A DNA stretch of 64,000 nucleotides from Bdellovibrionota bacterium (GCA_050950765.1 JBMNIF010000001.1:96001-160000); one strand, 5' to 3'; positions 1 to 10,952 are shown, numbered from the stretch's first letter. Translations and numbers: made by a program. Notes: generated from the sequence alone by a model not told the origin.

Positions 1-4
1 AAAG

Positions 5-940
5 ATGAAAAGTTTAACGAAAGTTAGTGACATGACTAAAGAAGATGTCGAATTGATAATGACACGAGCACGGGCGTTCGATGAAGCCTATTCTAAAGGT
101 GTGCGTAGAGATGATATTTTACACGGTAAAGTGGTTGCTATGGTGTTTGAAAAACCGTCATTACGTACAAAGGTTGCCTTTGAAGTTGCCGCAACGTATC
201 TCGGCGGTACGCCGGTGTTTCTTTCTAGCTCTCAGATCCTCGCTAGCGGCAATAATGTTAAAGGGAGAGAATCAATTCCAGATATCGGAAGAAATTTAGA
301 GCGTTTTTGTGATCTGTTAGTAGCTAGAGTTTACAGTCATAACACAATTATAGAGCTTAGAGATTCTATCACTATTCCTGTTATTAATGCTTTGTGCGAC
401 AAGCACCACCCGACACAAGCGCTAGCTGATCTTTATACGATAAGATTGAAAAAACCAGCTTATCCTAAGATTAAAGTTTCTTACGTTGGTGATGGGAATA
501 ATGTAGCAACTTCCTTGATGCAAATCTCTGCTTTAATGGGGATGGATTTTGCGATAGCAACGCCAAAAGGTTATGAAATCCCGCAAAAAGAACGAGAAGT
601 GGGAGAGTCGTTTGCTGCACAAAGTGGATCAACGCTACACTTTTTGCAGCATCCTGAAGAGGCAGTTGCAAATGCCGATGTTGTTTATACCGATACTTTC
701 GTTTCTATGGGGCAAGAAGAGGAGACTCAAATTAGAAGAGACGCCTTCGCAGGGTATCAAGTAAACCTTAGTTTGTTAAAAAAAGCTAAGCCTGATGCGG
801 TTTTTATGCACTGTTTACCGGCACATCGTGGTGAGGAAGTAACAGATGAAGTGATGGACTCTGCGCAATCCATAGTTTTTGATGAAGCAGGTGCAAGGCT
901 ACATATCGCCAAAGCTTTAATATCTTTAATGTTGGAATAA
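5..940 (+). CDS. argF: Ornithine carbamoyltransferase
   Basis: FEKPSLRT carbamoyl-phosphate motif, HPTQ, GDGNNV, DTFVSMGQ (SMG loop) and HCLPAHRG motifs; 311 aa. Confidence 0.92.
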   Translation: MKSLTKVSDMTKEDVELIMTRARAFDEAYSKGVRRDDILHGKVVAMVFEKPSLRTKVAFEVAATYLGGTPVFLSSSQILASGNNVKGRESIPDIGRNLERFCDLLVARVYSHNTIIELRDSITIPVINALCDKHHPTQALADLYTIRLKKPAYPKIKVSYVGDGNNVATSLMQISALMGMDFAIATPKGYEIPQKEREVGESFAAQSGSTLHFLQHPEEAVANADVVYTDTFVSMGQEEETQIRRDAFAGYQVNLSLLKKAKPDAVFMHCLPAHRGEEVTDEVMDSAQSIVFDEAGARLHIAKALISLMLE

Positions 941-961
941 ATCGTTAAGATAGAGTGAAAA

Positions 962-994
962 GAAAAAAGGCTGCTCAAATAATTGAGACAGCCT
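962..994 (-). terminator. Intrinsic terminator between convergent argF and terC-family gene
   Basis: Hairpin aggctgctcaa-ataa-ttgagacagcct preceded by an A-run (U-tail on minus strand). Confidence 0.55.
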
Positions 995-1026
995 CTTACT
1001 TAATCCATTAAAGGCGGTATAAAAAA

Positions 1027-2043
1027 TTAACTCCTCTTTTTCGCTACGATACTAGCGAAAGCAGCGATACCGATCAGGAAGAGGATGATAAAAATAGAAT
1101 ATAAAGGATCGATCTCCATATATTCTAATCCAGGGATACGTTGACAGATCGCTGTTGTCATCCCTACTTCTGCGTTTGGATCTACTTCTGCAAGGTGTAT
1201 TAACGTTTCACAAGAGTGAGCAACCATCTTTAGTCCTGCAAAAATTAAGACTGCTGCTAAGCCGTAATGTAGATACTTTAAGTCAGCGATCAATCCAGCT
1301 AACAAAACGTAAAGAGCACGGAGTCCTAAGATGGCAAAAGCGTTAGAGCTGTAAACTATGAAAACCTCTTGTGAAAAGGATAGTGCAGCAGGCACTGAAT
1401 CAATGGCAAAAACTATATCAGTTAATTCAAGTGCTACGATTGATATCAAAATGGGGGTCATCTTTAACTTGCCATCTTCATGCACAAAAAAATGTGCTGT
1501 TTCAGGGTTTTTACTGATGGGCAGATGTTTTGAGAGCCAATTCACGATGGCACTCTCTTCATCATCACTATGCTTTGCAAAAAACGCTTGAATTCCAGCG
1601 TAGAAAAGTAAAAGGGCAAATATTATTCCGACGGCAGCCCACCGTTCCAGTGCGGCAGCACCCAAATATATAAAAATGGCACGGAAAACTAATGCTCCGA
1701 GAATACCCCAAGCTAACGCCGTTCGTTGGAACTTTCTAGGGATCTTCATCGCTCCAAAGATGAGGAGGAACACAAAAAGGTTATCTACACTAAGAGCTTT
1801 CTCTATAAGATAGGCAGCAAGGTATTCATTGCGCGCCTCGCTACCCCATCTGAAGTGTACATATAAGGAGAAAGCCAAGCCGATGCCGACCCAGATACAG
1901 CTCCAGATGGCAGCTTCTTTTTTGGAGCTGCCGTGATCGTTTCTCTGAATCCATAGATCAACAAATAATAGAGAGAAAAGAAGAATGCAAAAAAATCCCC
2001 AGTCCATTGGGGTAGTATTAAAATCAGGTAATGATGTTCCCAT
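1027..2043 (-). CDS. TerC/Alx family metal homeostasis membrane protein
   Basis: YLIEKALSVDNLFVF, GILGALVFR, DIVFAIDSVPA and SNAFAILGLRALY signature motifs; multiple TM helices. Confidence 0.93.
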   Translation of the reverse strand: MGTSLPDFNTTPMDWGFFCILLFSLLFVDLWIQRNDHGSSKKEAAIWSCIWVGIGLAFSLYVHFRWGSEARNEYLAAYLIEKALSVDNLFVFLLIFGAMKIPRKFQRTALAWGILGALVFRAIFIYLGAAALERWAAVGIIFALLLFYAGIQAFFAKHSDDEESAIVNWLSKHLPISKNPETAHFFVHEDGKLKMTPILISIVALELTDIVFAIDSVPAALSFSQEVFIVYSSNAFAILGLRALYVLLAGLIADLKYLHYGLAAVLIFAGLKMVAHSCETLIHLAEVDPNAEVGMTTAICQRIPGLEYMEIDPLYSIFIILFLIGIAAFASIVAKKRS

Positions 2044-2197
2044 AGTTTATGTGTCCGTATAAAAATTGTGATAAGAAATTATATCGCGCGGAATATAGCA
2101 CCATTGTGAAAACGGTAGAAGATGCCTTTTTTCTCACTTTATCTGATAGAGATTTTAGAGTAAATTGCCTTAAGACTTTTTAAATGAGGATAAAACA

Positions 2198-2935
2198 GTG
2201 AAAGGAGTATTTCTTCAACAACAACTTGAATTCCGATTGAATGCGGAAGGTGATTTTAGGCAGGGTTCTGCCATAAAATGTGAGATGTCTGTAAAAAACC
2301 ATCTTGCAGAAGATAGGGTCTTAAAAAACTTAGCACTCTGTTTAGCTTTGGGCGATTTAAAAAAAGTTAAACGAAAAGAACAAGATGCCTTTACTATTGT
2401 ATCTGCTGCAGAGTTGCCGCTTGAGGTGCACTTGAAAGCGGAAGATACGGTGAATTATTCTTGGACATTCACGATTGATCCTAACGGTGTTATTAGTGAT
2501 AAATCTCAAAGTTTATATATTTTATTCGGAAATAGTGCGAATCTTGATGTTTTAGGGCAGTTGCCACTTACCGTAACACCGCATCAAGATATCGTCGAGG
2601 TGTTGGCAGTTTTTGAAAGCGCCTTTAATTTCGTTGTAAAAGGGAAAAAATCATCAAAAGATTGGCTCTGTATAAAAATACAACCTGCCGCTGCGGCGAA
2701 GTATTCGATGTTGGATCAATTAACACTCTCTACACACTTCGACGGAGAACTACTAAAATTAAAATATGTTTTTGATCTGAAAAGATTTGAAGCTACTGCG
2801 TCATCTCTCGGTGTCAGTAAAAAGAAAAGTACTGTTTTGCAAGATTTTCCCGCTGAACAGTATAAGCGAGATGGTTTTGTAGATCACGGTGTGATCGAAG
2901 AGCAGATCAATGCAGCTTTAGCAGAGGTGATATAA
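2198..2935 (+). CDS. Hypothetical protein (245 aa)
   Basis: Long ORF with GAGGA RBS before GTG start; no recognised motif. Confidence 0.7.
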   Translation: MKGVFLQQQLEFRLNAEGDFRQGSAIKCEMSVKNHLAEDRVLKNLALCLALGDLKKVKRKEQDAFTIVSAAELPLEVHLKAEDTVNYSWTFTIDPNGVISDKSQSLYILFGNSANLDVLGQLPLTVTPHQDIVEVLAVFESAFNFVVKGKKSSKDWLCIKIQPAAAAKYSMLDQLTLSTHFDGELLKLKYVFDLKRFEATASSLGVSKKKSTVLQDFPAEQYKRDGFVDHGVIEEQINAALAEVI

Positions 2936-2952
2936 ATATTTTTTAAAGGTGT

Positions 2953-4149
2953 TTATCCGTTCTGTACTAATGGCTCACTTAAACTTTGATCCGCTGAGAA
3001 GTGCTCTTGTAACAGATCTTGATAAATAGCGTTATAATCAGCACCCATAGCGTTAACATAGCGCGGCTTGGGGAGTTGCCAACTTTTCCAATCTTCATTT
3101 TGCAAAAACCATTTTAGTGCTGCAACTAAGGAAGCTTTATCTCCTGCTTTGAACTTCTTACCGTTTATTCCATCATCAACACGCGCTTTCATAGCACCGA
3201 TATCAGATACAAGCGGCACCACATGACCTTGCCACAACTCTGACAATACTAAACTGTAAGTTTCCGGAAAGAGAGAGGGGATAACTCCAACGTTTATATT
3301 GGAAAGAATCTTGGGTAGTTCACTACGTTTATAAAGTCCGTGAAAACTGATATTGGGACGTTTATAACTCGGATCAGGCACACCGCCGTAAATATGAAGT
3401 TGAGCATCAGGAAATTCCGCTTGCACATCGCCGAAAGCTTCTAACAACATCTCCCAACCTTTTTGTGGCTGCATAGTCCCGATATAACCGAAGCGAAGCC
3501 CCGTCCAGTTGCGTGAAGGATCTTGAATAGTAAAAGGTTTAATGCCGTTTTCTATGACCGTAAACTTATATGGGAAAACTTGTTGTAACTGTTCTGCTAA
3601 ATATTGAGAGGGTACGATCAGTTTTTTTACGTAGCGAAAACTACGGATTAAATTATTACGTCGACTAATTAGATAATCAGAGATATCAGCATCAAAATAT
3701 TGTAAAGAATAATCCTTCGAAACAAGCTCTAAGGGGTTCTCTGCACCCTGCATAGTGTAGGACGGTGTAAGTGCGTAATAGTCGTGAAAATTAACAACTA
3801 CTGGCACACCTTTAGCTGTGGCTTGATCTATTATTGAAAGAGGCCAGTTCAGGAAGTGTTCAAAGTGAATTATATCTGGAGAGACACGATTTAAGATCTG
3901 CGCAAACGCCCACTCACTTTTTTGGGTGTGATACGGTGCAATTAGATCAATCTGATCCCCAGGGTAACGTAATAATCCTGCTCCATCTTGCATTAAAACT
4001 ATGGAGTTCCCATCGGGAAAACAAACGGAGATCTGATAATTATTTCTCAGGTATGAGACTAGAAGTTTTACATGCTCCTCAACACCTGCTTTGTTATTGT
4101 AGCCGTGCACTACAAAAAGAAGTTTTGGTTTTGTTTTAATAGCCCGCAT
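2953..4149 (-). CDS. Glycosyltransferase family 4 (GT-B)
   Basis: AGVEEHV N-terminal loop, FHDY, KG motif, PSLFPETYSLVLSE (ExxxxxxxE). Confidence 0.88.
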   Translation of the reverse strand: MRAIKTKPKLLFVVHGYNNKAGVEEHVKLLVSYLRNNYQISVCFPDGNSIVLMQDGAGLLRYPGDQIDLIAPYHTQKSEWAFAQILNRVSPDIIHFEHFLNWPLSIIDQATAKGVPVVVNFHDYYALTPSYTMQGAENPLELVSKDYSLQYFDADISDYLISRRNNLIRSFRYVKKLIVPSQYLAEQLQQVFPYKFTVIENGIKPFTIQDPSRNWTGLRFGYIGTMQPQKGWEMLLEAFGDVQAEFPDAQLHIYGGVPDPSYKRPNISFHGLYKRSELPKILSNINVGVIPSLFPETYSLVLSELWQGHVVPLVSDIGAMKARVDDGINGKKFKAGDKASLVAALKWFLQNEDWKSWQLPKPRYVNAMGADYNAIYQDLLQEHFSADQSLSEPLVQNG

Positions 4150-4662
4150 TTCTACGCCTTATAAAAATCTTTCAGCGTTGCAGGGCATGGTAGTCTTATT
4201 TCTATTACTGCGCAAGAAAGTAAAAAAATCAGATTTTTTATGTAGTTATCATGATGATAAAATTAAAAATACAGTCGGAAGAGCGCAGATATGTTTTTCA
4301 AACGCCTTTTAAATATTGAATCCGATCCGCATGGTGTTGTGATGTAAGAAAATTTTTTTCCTACAAGATTATGATTTTATATGTTACTGTGTAAGGAAGT
4401 AAGACCGTTGTGTGTATGTAGTGTTACAGGTTTTCTTCTGAAGTATTTTTATTTAAGCGCTGAAAGTGTTGCTTAATAAATTAAAATACTTGTGGTTATG
4501 CAGATTGAAGTGCTTGTTAAGGCTTCTAATTTAATTATTTACACCTAAGAGTAACGCAATATCTTACATCTTTATTTGTAGCGTAAGAGATGGCTTGCTT
4601 CTGGCGGGTGTGAGTAGTTTTTGCTTTAATAATAATCTGACATTTGGTAAGCGGGTGTAGAG

Positions 4663-4896
4663 ATGAGAAAAAAGAATCTAAATAGGGTTAAAGAGCAGGT
4701 CTTAACCGCATTACATTATCCTGAAGCAGAAGACGGGTTGTTCTTTAGAAACTTCTTCTATGTTCACGAAGAAGATGATCGACCTGTTGTAGAGGCTGAT
4801 CAAATTGATATCCTTAAAGCTTTAAATGAATTGGTTAAAGAGGGTGTTGTTAAGATAGATGACTCGGAAGAAGAGATGATCTTCTCTTTAGCTTGA
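4663..4896 (+). CDS. Small hypothetical protein (possible winged-helix-like)
   Basis: 77-aa ORF, protein-like composition, ends ALNELVKEGVVKI. Confidence 0.6.
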   Translation: MRKKNLNRVKEQVLTALHYPEAEDGLFFRNFFYVHEEDDRPVVEADQIDILKALNELVKEGVVKIDDSEEEMIFSLA

Positions 4897-4919
4897 TAGT
4901 GCCTGTTTTGTAAAAATCA

Positions 4920-5150
4920 CTATCTTCGTTTTATAATCGGGATGGTGTAATAGATCTCGTCTAAGTCGTAGTTTTGAGCGATTTCAAAGTAGTTCAAAGA
5001 GTTCAGCTCTGGATAATATCTTTGGACGGTCTTTAGTTTAAAAAGAAGGAGGTCCTCTCTAAATGCGCGCACTCTCTGCGCTTCTGACACTTTGCTAATG
5101 TATAGTGTTACAAAAATTGAAAACATGGCAAATAAGAAAGCTGCTGTCAT
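4920..5150 (-). CDS. Small hypothetical membrane-anchored protein
   Basis: 76 aa, N-terminal hydrophobic helix, AAGGA RBS upstream on minus strand. Confidence 0.55.
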   Translation of the reverse strand: MTAAFLFAMFSIFVTLYISKVSEAQRVRAFREDLLLFKLKTVQRYYPELNSLNYFEIAQNYDLDEIYYTIPIIKRR

Positions 5151-5600
5151 CTTGTAAGTCCTTTTTAGCTAGGTAAGATATCTCCCCGTCTAGCTCTAAT
5201 TAACGGCATAACTGATAGAATTCTTGACCTGATTTTCGAGTTTTTTGAAGTTTTTAAAGGCGTTTTAAAGAAGTGCCGTTGGTGCCACCATTTTTTGTGG
5301 CGGTTTTTACATTAAGAAAGATGGGTGTCATTAGTACAGACGGGGAATTTGGTGCCCCTTCAGCTAGGAGATTTTGGGAAAGTGTCTATATTGGAGGAAG
5401 TCAGGAATAGAGCTTTTGAGGTAAAAAATTTAGAGTTATTTCATTTTTTTCATTAGATATGGTTGTTGTAACTATATCAATTCGTTATGCTTTATGATAT
5501 CTTCCCTGCGGTCTCGGGAGTTGCAAAGCATAGGTACAAAGTTTTTAGTTTACATCAAGTTGTTATCTTGTTGCGTTTATATTTTATCTTGAGGGGATAA

Positions 5601-6221
5601 ATGTCACGATCTTCTTTGAAGTCACTTCTGTTTTTTTCGTTCATTTTAGCTTTTATACCGTTACAGATAGCCATCGCTCAAGAAAAAGAGGTTGTCGGAT
5701 ATATTGAAAAGGTGCGCTTACATCCTGAAAAGATTTTAGCTCATGCTAAGCTTGATACGGGAGCAGATATATCCGCTTTAAATGCTGAAGATATCGTTGA
5801 ATACAAAAAAGATGGTGTGCCGTGGGTGCGTTTTACGATTAGGAATCGTTTCGGAGAGCAGTTCCGTCTTGAAAGGGAGATTAAACGTACTACACGTATT
5901 AAACAACATAATAGACCGAGTCAAAAAAGATACGTTATCCGTTTAGGAATCTGCTTAGGGTCTGCCTATATGGAGGAGGAGGTCTCTCTTGTTAATAGGT
6001 CTCAATTTACCTCTCAGATGTTGGTAGGCAGAAGCTTTCTAGCTGGTAATGTTATAATCGATCCAGCGCAAACATATATGGTTGAACCGACGTGTCGGAA
6101 ATCTCCTTCTAAAACTGAAGTTAAGAAAGTTAAAAAAAATAAAAAGGTAGAAGATACACAGAAGCAGGAAGGACAATCTGTAAAAAAAGTTGAAGAAAAA
6201 ATTATTGAGAAGGAAAAATAA
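5601..6221 (+). CDS. RimK-associated retropepsin-like peptidase ('ATP-dependent zinc protease' family), exported
   Basis: Signal peptide, AKLDTGADISAL (DTG) motif, MLVGRSFL motif; first gene of a three-gene operon. Confidence 0.88.
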   Translation: MSRSSLKSLLFFSFILAFIPLQIAIAQEKEVVGYIEKVRLHPEKILAHAKLDTGADISALNAEDIVEYKKDGVPWVRFTIRNRFGEQFRLEREIKRTTRIKQHNRPSQKRYVIRLGICLGSAYMEEEVSLVNRSQFTSQMLVGRSFLAGNVIIDPAQTYMVEPTCRKSPSKTEVKKVKKNKKVEDTQKQEGQSVKKVEEKIIEKEK

Positions 6222-6223
6222 GA

Positions 6224-7744
6224 GTGAAAAAATACCATCTTCTATTATTAACGATAGCGTTGACCTTTTGTGGCGTGGGGATGTTCCTCTATAAAGCGTT
6301 GTGTTTAGATTATCCTGTTGTGCCGAATACTACGGAATCACGTTGGGTGGTGGAGGCACACCTTTCGTTTAACGCTAAAAATAAAGCAGTAAAAGCAGCT
6401 TTAAAGATCCCTAAGAGCACTGAAAATTTTCTTTTAATGGATGAAAATTTTATCTCGCGTGGGTACGGTTTGGCAACACGTACGATCGGCGATGATAGGG
6501 AAGCCACATGGACACGACGCAGCGCTATCGGCAGGCAGGGGCTTTATTATCGTGCTGTGATTAAAGATGGTGGTATTGATGGCAGGGTGGATATTCCAAA
6601 AAGTAGAGATCAAACTCCTGAAGGTGCTTTAAAAGAGGCGATGAACTCTATTATTGCAGATGCTAAACAGAAATCTGCTGACACCGAGACCTTTGTGACA
6701 TCACTAATCGGACTTTTTCAAACAAAAAATTCTAACGTAAAGATGTTACTCGGTTCACGACCTGATCGTGCCAAGAAAGCAAAAGTTGCTGTTGCTATTT
6801 TAAACGAATCAGGGCTGCGGGCGCGGGTGGTGCACGGTATCTTTTTAAATGTCGATCGAAATGTTCCAATAACGCAACGTGTACAGGTTCTTGATAATAA
6901 GACTTGGTTGATGTTTGATCCTGAAACGGGTGAGCGTACGGGGCAGGATCTCTTTTTGCCGTGGTGGTATGGTGATGCAGATATCGCTACCGTTACTAAT
7001 GCTTCTCAAATTCGAACCACTATTTCAGTTGAACGTTTTCAAGAAGAGGCTTTAACTGCTGCTAGTGAATACGCGCGTAAGGTTGCACCTAAGTTGGTGG
7101 ATTTTTCTCTTTTTAGTTTGCCCGTTGAGACGCAACGAGTTTATCGTGTTTTGTTACTTGTACCGATCGGTGCTTTCTTGGTGGTGCTTTTACGAAATAT
7201 TGTGGGCTTTGTTACGTTTGGTACCTTTATGCCAGTCTTGATCGGACTCTCTTTTAGAGAGACTGGGTTGAGTTGGGGTATAGTATTGTTTTCGCTTTTA
7301 ATTGGACTGGGTGTTATAGCGCGTTTTTATCTAGAGAGTTTAAAGTTACTTTTAGTTCCGCGTCTTTCGGCAGTGTTGATTATTGTAGTTTTAATCATGG
7401 CTGTTTTAAGTGTTATTACACACCAGTTAGGGTTGGAACGTGGTGTTTCAGTGGCGCTTTTCCCGATGGTTATTATCACGATGACGATTGAGAGGATGTC
7501 TATCGTCTGGGATGAGTTAGGAGTTTTTGCGGCGTTTAAGCAAGGCATCGGAACACTACTTGTGGCTTGTATAATTTATTTGATTATCAGGAGTCACTAT
7601 CTAGAACACCTTATTTTTGTATTCCCTGAGTTATTGTTGGTTGTGCTGGCTATGACCCTGTTAATGGGGCGTTATAGCGGATATCGATTGTTGGAATTGC
7701 GTCGTTTTCATGCTTTAACAAAAGAGCCGGTAAAAAATGATTAA
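6224..7744 (+). CDS. Inactive transglutaminase fused to 7TM domain
   Basis: DENFISRGYG, LRNIVGFVTFGTFMPVL, LFPMVIITMTIER, GYRLLELRRF motifs; operon context. Confidence 0.88.
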   Translation: MKKYHLLLLTIALTFCGVGMFLYKALCLDYPVVPNTTESRWVVEAHLSFNAKNKAVKAALKIPKSTENFLLMDENFISRGYGLATRTIGDDREATWTRRSAIGRQGLYYRAVIKDGGIDGRVDIPKSRDQTPEGALKEAMNSIIADAKQKSADTETFVTSLIGLFQTKNSNVKMLLGSRPDRAKKAKVAVAILNESGLRARVVHGIFLNVDRNVPITQRVQVLDNKTWLMFDPETGERTGQDLFLPWWYGDADIATVTNASQIRTTISVERFQEEALTAASEYARKVAPKLVDFSLFSLPVETQRVYRVLLLVPIGAFLVVLLRNIVGFVTFGTFMPVLIGLSFRETGLSWGIVLFSLLIGLGVIARFYLESLKLLLVPRLSAVLIIVVLIMAVLSVITHQLGLERGVSVALFPMVIITMTIERMSIVWDELGVFAAFKQGIGTLLVACIIYLIIRSHYLEHLIFVFPELLLVVLAMTLLMGRYSGYRLLELRRFHALTKEPVKND

Positions 7745-8744
7745 AGAAACTTGGAAAGAACTACGTGCACGTGGTGTGTTGGGATTAAATGATCGTAATC
7801 TACATTATGTTTCAAAATATAATGAGCGTCGTTTGTATCCTTTAGTTGATGATAAATATCGAACAAAAAAATTAGCGCGTGCAGCTGGTGTTGCAGTTCC
7901 TGAACTGTATGGCATGGTAGAGATCTTGAGGCAGGCACGCGATCTGCCTGCTGTGGTACAAGATAAGGCAGGTTTTGCTATAAAGCCTTCGCAAGGTAGT
8001 GGCGGATCGGGAGTATTGGTATTAACGGAGCGGACAAAAAACGGTTGGAGAAAATCTAGCGGTGATATTTTAACGTGGGAAGATCTGCAGTATCACATCT
8101 CACTAATCCTTTCTGGAATTTTTAGTTTAGGTGGACAACCGGATAAAGCGTTAGTTGAGTATCGAGTAGTTCCTGACAAGGTTTTTAATCAGATTAGCTA
8201 TCTGGGTGTGCCCGATATGCGTATCATAGTTTTCTTTGGGGTGCCTGTTATGACGATGGTGCGCTTACCGACACGAATTTCAGGCGGTAGGGCTAATTTG
8301 CATCAAGGCGCTATCGGAGTAGGGATTGATATCGCTACGGGGCAGACTCAAACAGGGGTGTGTCAAAATGAGATTATCACTGAGCATCCTGACACTGGTT
8401 ACAGCATTATGGGGATTGAGATACCACATTGGGAAGAGATGCTTGCTTTAGCAGCAAAATCTTATGAATTAACGGGTTTGGCGTATCAAGGTGTTGATAT
8501 CGTACTTGATAGAACGCATGGTCCTCTTTTGTTGGAGCTTAATGCACGTCCAGGTTTGAATATTCAGATCGCTAATAATTGCGGTTTGCTACCACGTTTG
8601 AAAAAGGTGGAGTGGAACAGAAAAAAACTTCGTACGCCAGAAGACAGGGTGAAGTTTGCGAAGGATGAATTCGGGGTGCAAAGCACTTTAAATGAGGCTT
8701 GGCGGAGGTATAAAAGGAGCACTTTTTTTGGGCGTGTCAAATAG
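7737..8744 (+). CDS. Alpha-L-glutamate ligase-like ATP-grasp protein
   Basis: YPLVDDK, KPSQGSGGSG, ANLHQGAIGVG, LELNARPGLNIQIAN motifs; overlaps upstream gene end. Confidence 0.9.
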   Translation: MIKETWKELRARGVLGLNDRNLHYVSKYNERRLYPLVDDKYRTKKLARAAGVAVPELYGMVEILRQARDLPAVVQDKAGFAIKPSQGSGGSGVLVLTERTKNGWRKSSGDILTWEDLQYHISLILSGIFSLGGQPDKALVEYRVVPDKVFNQISYLGVPDMRIIVFFGVPVMTMVRLPTRISGGRANLHQGAIGVGIDIATGQTQTGVCQNEIITEHPDTGYSIMGIEIPHWEEMLALAAKSYELTGLAYQGVDIVLDRTHGPLLLELNARPGLNIQIANNCGLLPRLKKVEWNRKKLRTPEDRVKFAKDEFGVQSTLNEAWRRYKRSTFFGRVK

Positions 8745-8885
8745 GTAAAAAACAGCTAGAGGCAGATCTGAATAAAAAATAATATTTTAAGTGGGAGATC
8801 TTCTAAAAAAAATCGTTTTTTTACACTTGATCGGTTGCTTCTGAAGTCTCTCTTCGATACATTCGCACTGTTTTGATTCTTTTAT

Positions 8886-8969
8886 GCCGAGGTGGTGGAA
8901 TAGGTAGACACACAGGACTTAAAATCCTGTGAGCTTTGGCTCGTACGGGTTCGATTCCCGTCCTCGGTA
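8886..8969 (+). tRNA. tRNA-Leu (anticodon TAA)
   Basis: Acceptor gccgagg/cctcggt, anticodon arm cagga-ctTAAaa-tcctg, long variable arm, GGTTCGATTCC T-arm; CCA not encoded. Confidence 0.96.
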
Positions 8970-9071
8970 CTCCTTATATTTTTCACCATCTACTCGTTCG
9001 TGTTTTACCCTATCTTTAATCTCTTTTATCTAATCTAATTTTACGCAACAAGATTTACGAACTTTTACGCA

Positions 9072-9098
9072 GTAGAGGGGTGGCTACCTCTCCTCTAC
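9072..9098 (+). terminator. Hairpin downstream of tRNA-Leu, possible terminator
   Basis: gtagagggg...ctcctctac stem; no clear U-tail. Confidence 0.35.
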
Positions 9099-9285
9099 AA
9101 GGGGTTTAGACTTTTTATAAAAAGCTATTGTCGTAGGTGAATAATCTTAAAAATAAAGCTTAAAAAGCTAAAGAAATTGAATAATTAATTTTTGTTGAAA
9201 ACGTTTCTTAAGTTTTTAAAAACATTATAATTCAAAAAACGTGTTTAATTAAAAAAGTATTATTATATTTGTATAAGGTAATATT

Positions 9286-10098
9286 ATGTCCGATCTTAAT
9301 TGTAATTGTGAATCAGAGGGGGGTGACTTACGAGCTGAAAATAAAACACAAATTCCACCTCTTAATCCTGCAAATGATCTATCAGCTAACCATTTCCGTT
9401 CTTCATCTGCTTCGGTCGCAAAAGGTGTTCTTATTGCTGCAAGAGAAGAAGAATTAAAAAAAGCAGGCTTTTCAGCGGAAGATGATATTGTTGCAAGAGA
9501 AGAAAAATTACATAGGGCAGGCTTTTCAGCGGAAGATATTGCTAAGATCAGAGAAAAAGTTCCAGATCTTGATGTGAGGACTATTCCAGTGAAGGAGGGT
9601 AGTCATATTCGGAAAATAGTGAATAATGCGATTAAGGTATGTAGAAAAACAAGCTCTTCAGTTGTATTTAAATCCGATAACATTGTTGTGATAGTTTCTA
9701 AAGGAGATACTAGGAAAGAAATACTTAAGGCGTATAATGCAGAATTGGAAGCTACAACAAAGAAGCCTAACCCGTATACACCTGAAAAAGCTGCTGCAGA
9801 GAAAGCGGAGACGGATGCTACTTATGAAGAATTGCCTCAATTTTTTAAAGATTGGGTTGATAAGGATGGAGGAGCTGATTGCTTCAGAAGACTTTATGTT
9901 AAGACAGCGGAAGATGCTTACTTGGTAGCGAAAACCTTAGAAACAATCGAGAAGGTTGAAGAGTGGTATAATTCTAGTTCAGAAAAGAGGGAGACGGATG
10001 TGCCAGGGTTCAAAAATGATGGCCATACTGGCTTTTCTCTTAGAGAAATGGTTGAGCTTGCTGTGAAGTATTTAAAATCAAAGAGTGCGGAGAGTTAA
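9286..10098 (+). CDS. Hypothetical protein with duplicated AREExLxxAGFSAED motif
   Basis: 270-aa ORF with TAAGG RBS; shares an approximately 85-aa segment with the C-terminus of the downstream macrodomain gene. Confidence 0.8.
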   Translation: MSDLNCNCESEGGDLRAENKTQIPPLNPANDLSANHFRSSSASVAKGVLIAAREEELKKAGFSAEDDIVAREEKLHRAGFSAEDIAKIREKVPDLDVRTIPVKEGSHIRKIVNNAIKVCRKTSSSVVFKSDNIVVIVSKGDTRKEILKAYNAELEATTKKPNPYTPEKAAAEKAETDATYEELPQFFKDWVDKDGGADCFRRLYVKTAEDAYLVAKTLETIEKVEEWYNSSSEKRETDVPGFKNDGHTGFSLREMVELAVKYLKSKSAES

Positions 10099-10952
10099 CG
10101 ATTTCTTTTCGTAAAAAGAGCAGAAGCCATCAACCATACCCTAAATATCTAAAGCTTAAAGACAAAGAATATCTGGAGCAGAGCTTTAGTTTAGGTAGAC
10201 AAGGTAGTGGGGAGGTCTAGGAGGATCTGATGTCATTTATTAGATCCTGCACAGTTTAGTTGTAGTAGCGGTTAAAATTGCTCATGGAGTAATAGTAGTA
10301 GTTAATTAGGGATTCGGATAAATTAAATTCGTAATATGCCGATTTGCTTATTAAAGAAAAACGTATCACATCTTTTAGCAAGTTGGTTGGAGTTGTGTTC
10401 AGAGTTTAATAAAGCGGCGACTTGCTACAAATGATAATTATCGCTACTCAGAATTTTTTATTTTAATTTTGGAGGAACAGAATGGGTGTGAATAATTATC
10501 TTGCGTCAGGCAGTGGACCAGAAGCACAAAGAGCCCTTAGTGATGTCAGCATATCTGTGAATGACGTAGCGTATAATCTAACACCAGATTCAACGGTTAG
10601 GATAATTTCAGGCGATATTTCACGTATTGACGCGGATGCTCTTATTACGGCTATAAATAGCAAGCAATGGTGGTCTGGTAATATTGACCGCGTTATTATG
10701 AAAAAAGCTGCGTACCATTTTCACCAGCAGGCTTCGGAATGCGATTTGCAAGATGGAAAGGCAATCGTCGCACGGGGTTCACAGGACGAAACAATAAGTG
10801 GTTCATTTCGAAATGTCGTTTTTGTGGTTGACGATTTAAAGCGTCCACTTCACGAAATTGTTCGTACAGGACTAGAGGCAGCCGCTGACGCGGGTTTTCA
10901 AAAAGTATCGTTACCAACTATTCGTATGGGTACAATGCTTGGTCGAGTTGAA

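Noticed and set aside
5..940. N-acetyl/N-succinylornithine transcarbamylase suggested by SLRT instead of STRT
   Set aside because: The SMG loop and HCLPAHRG match ordinary OTCase
2044..2197. yybP-ykoY manganese riboswitch expected upstream of the TerC/Alx gene
   Set aside because: No recognisable consensus elements in the short AT-rich leader
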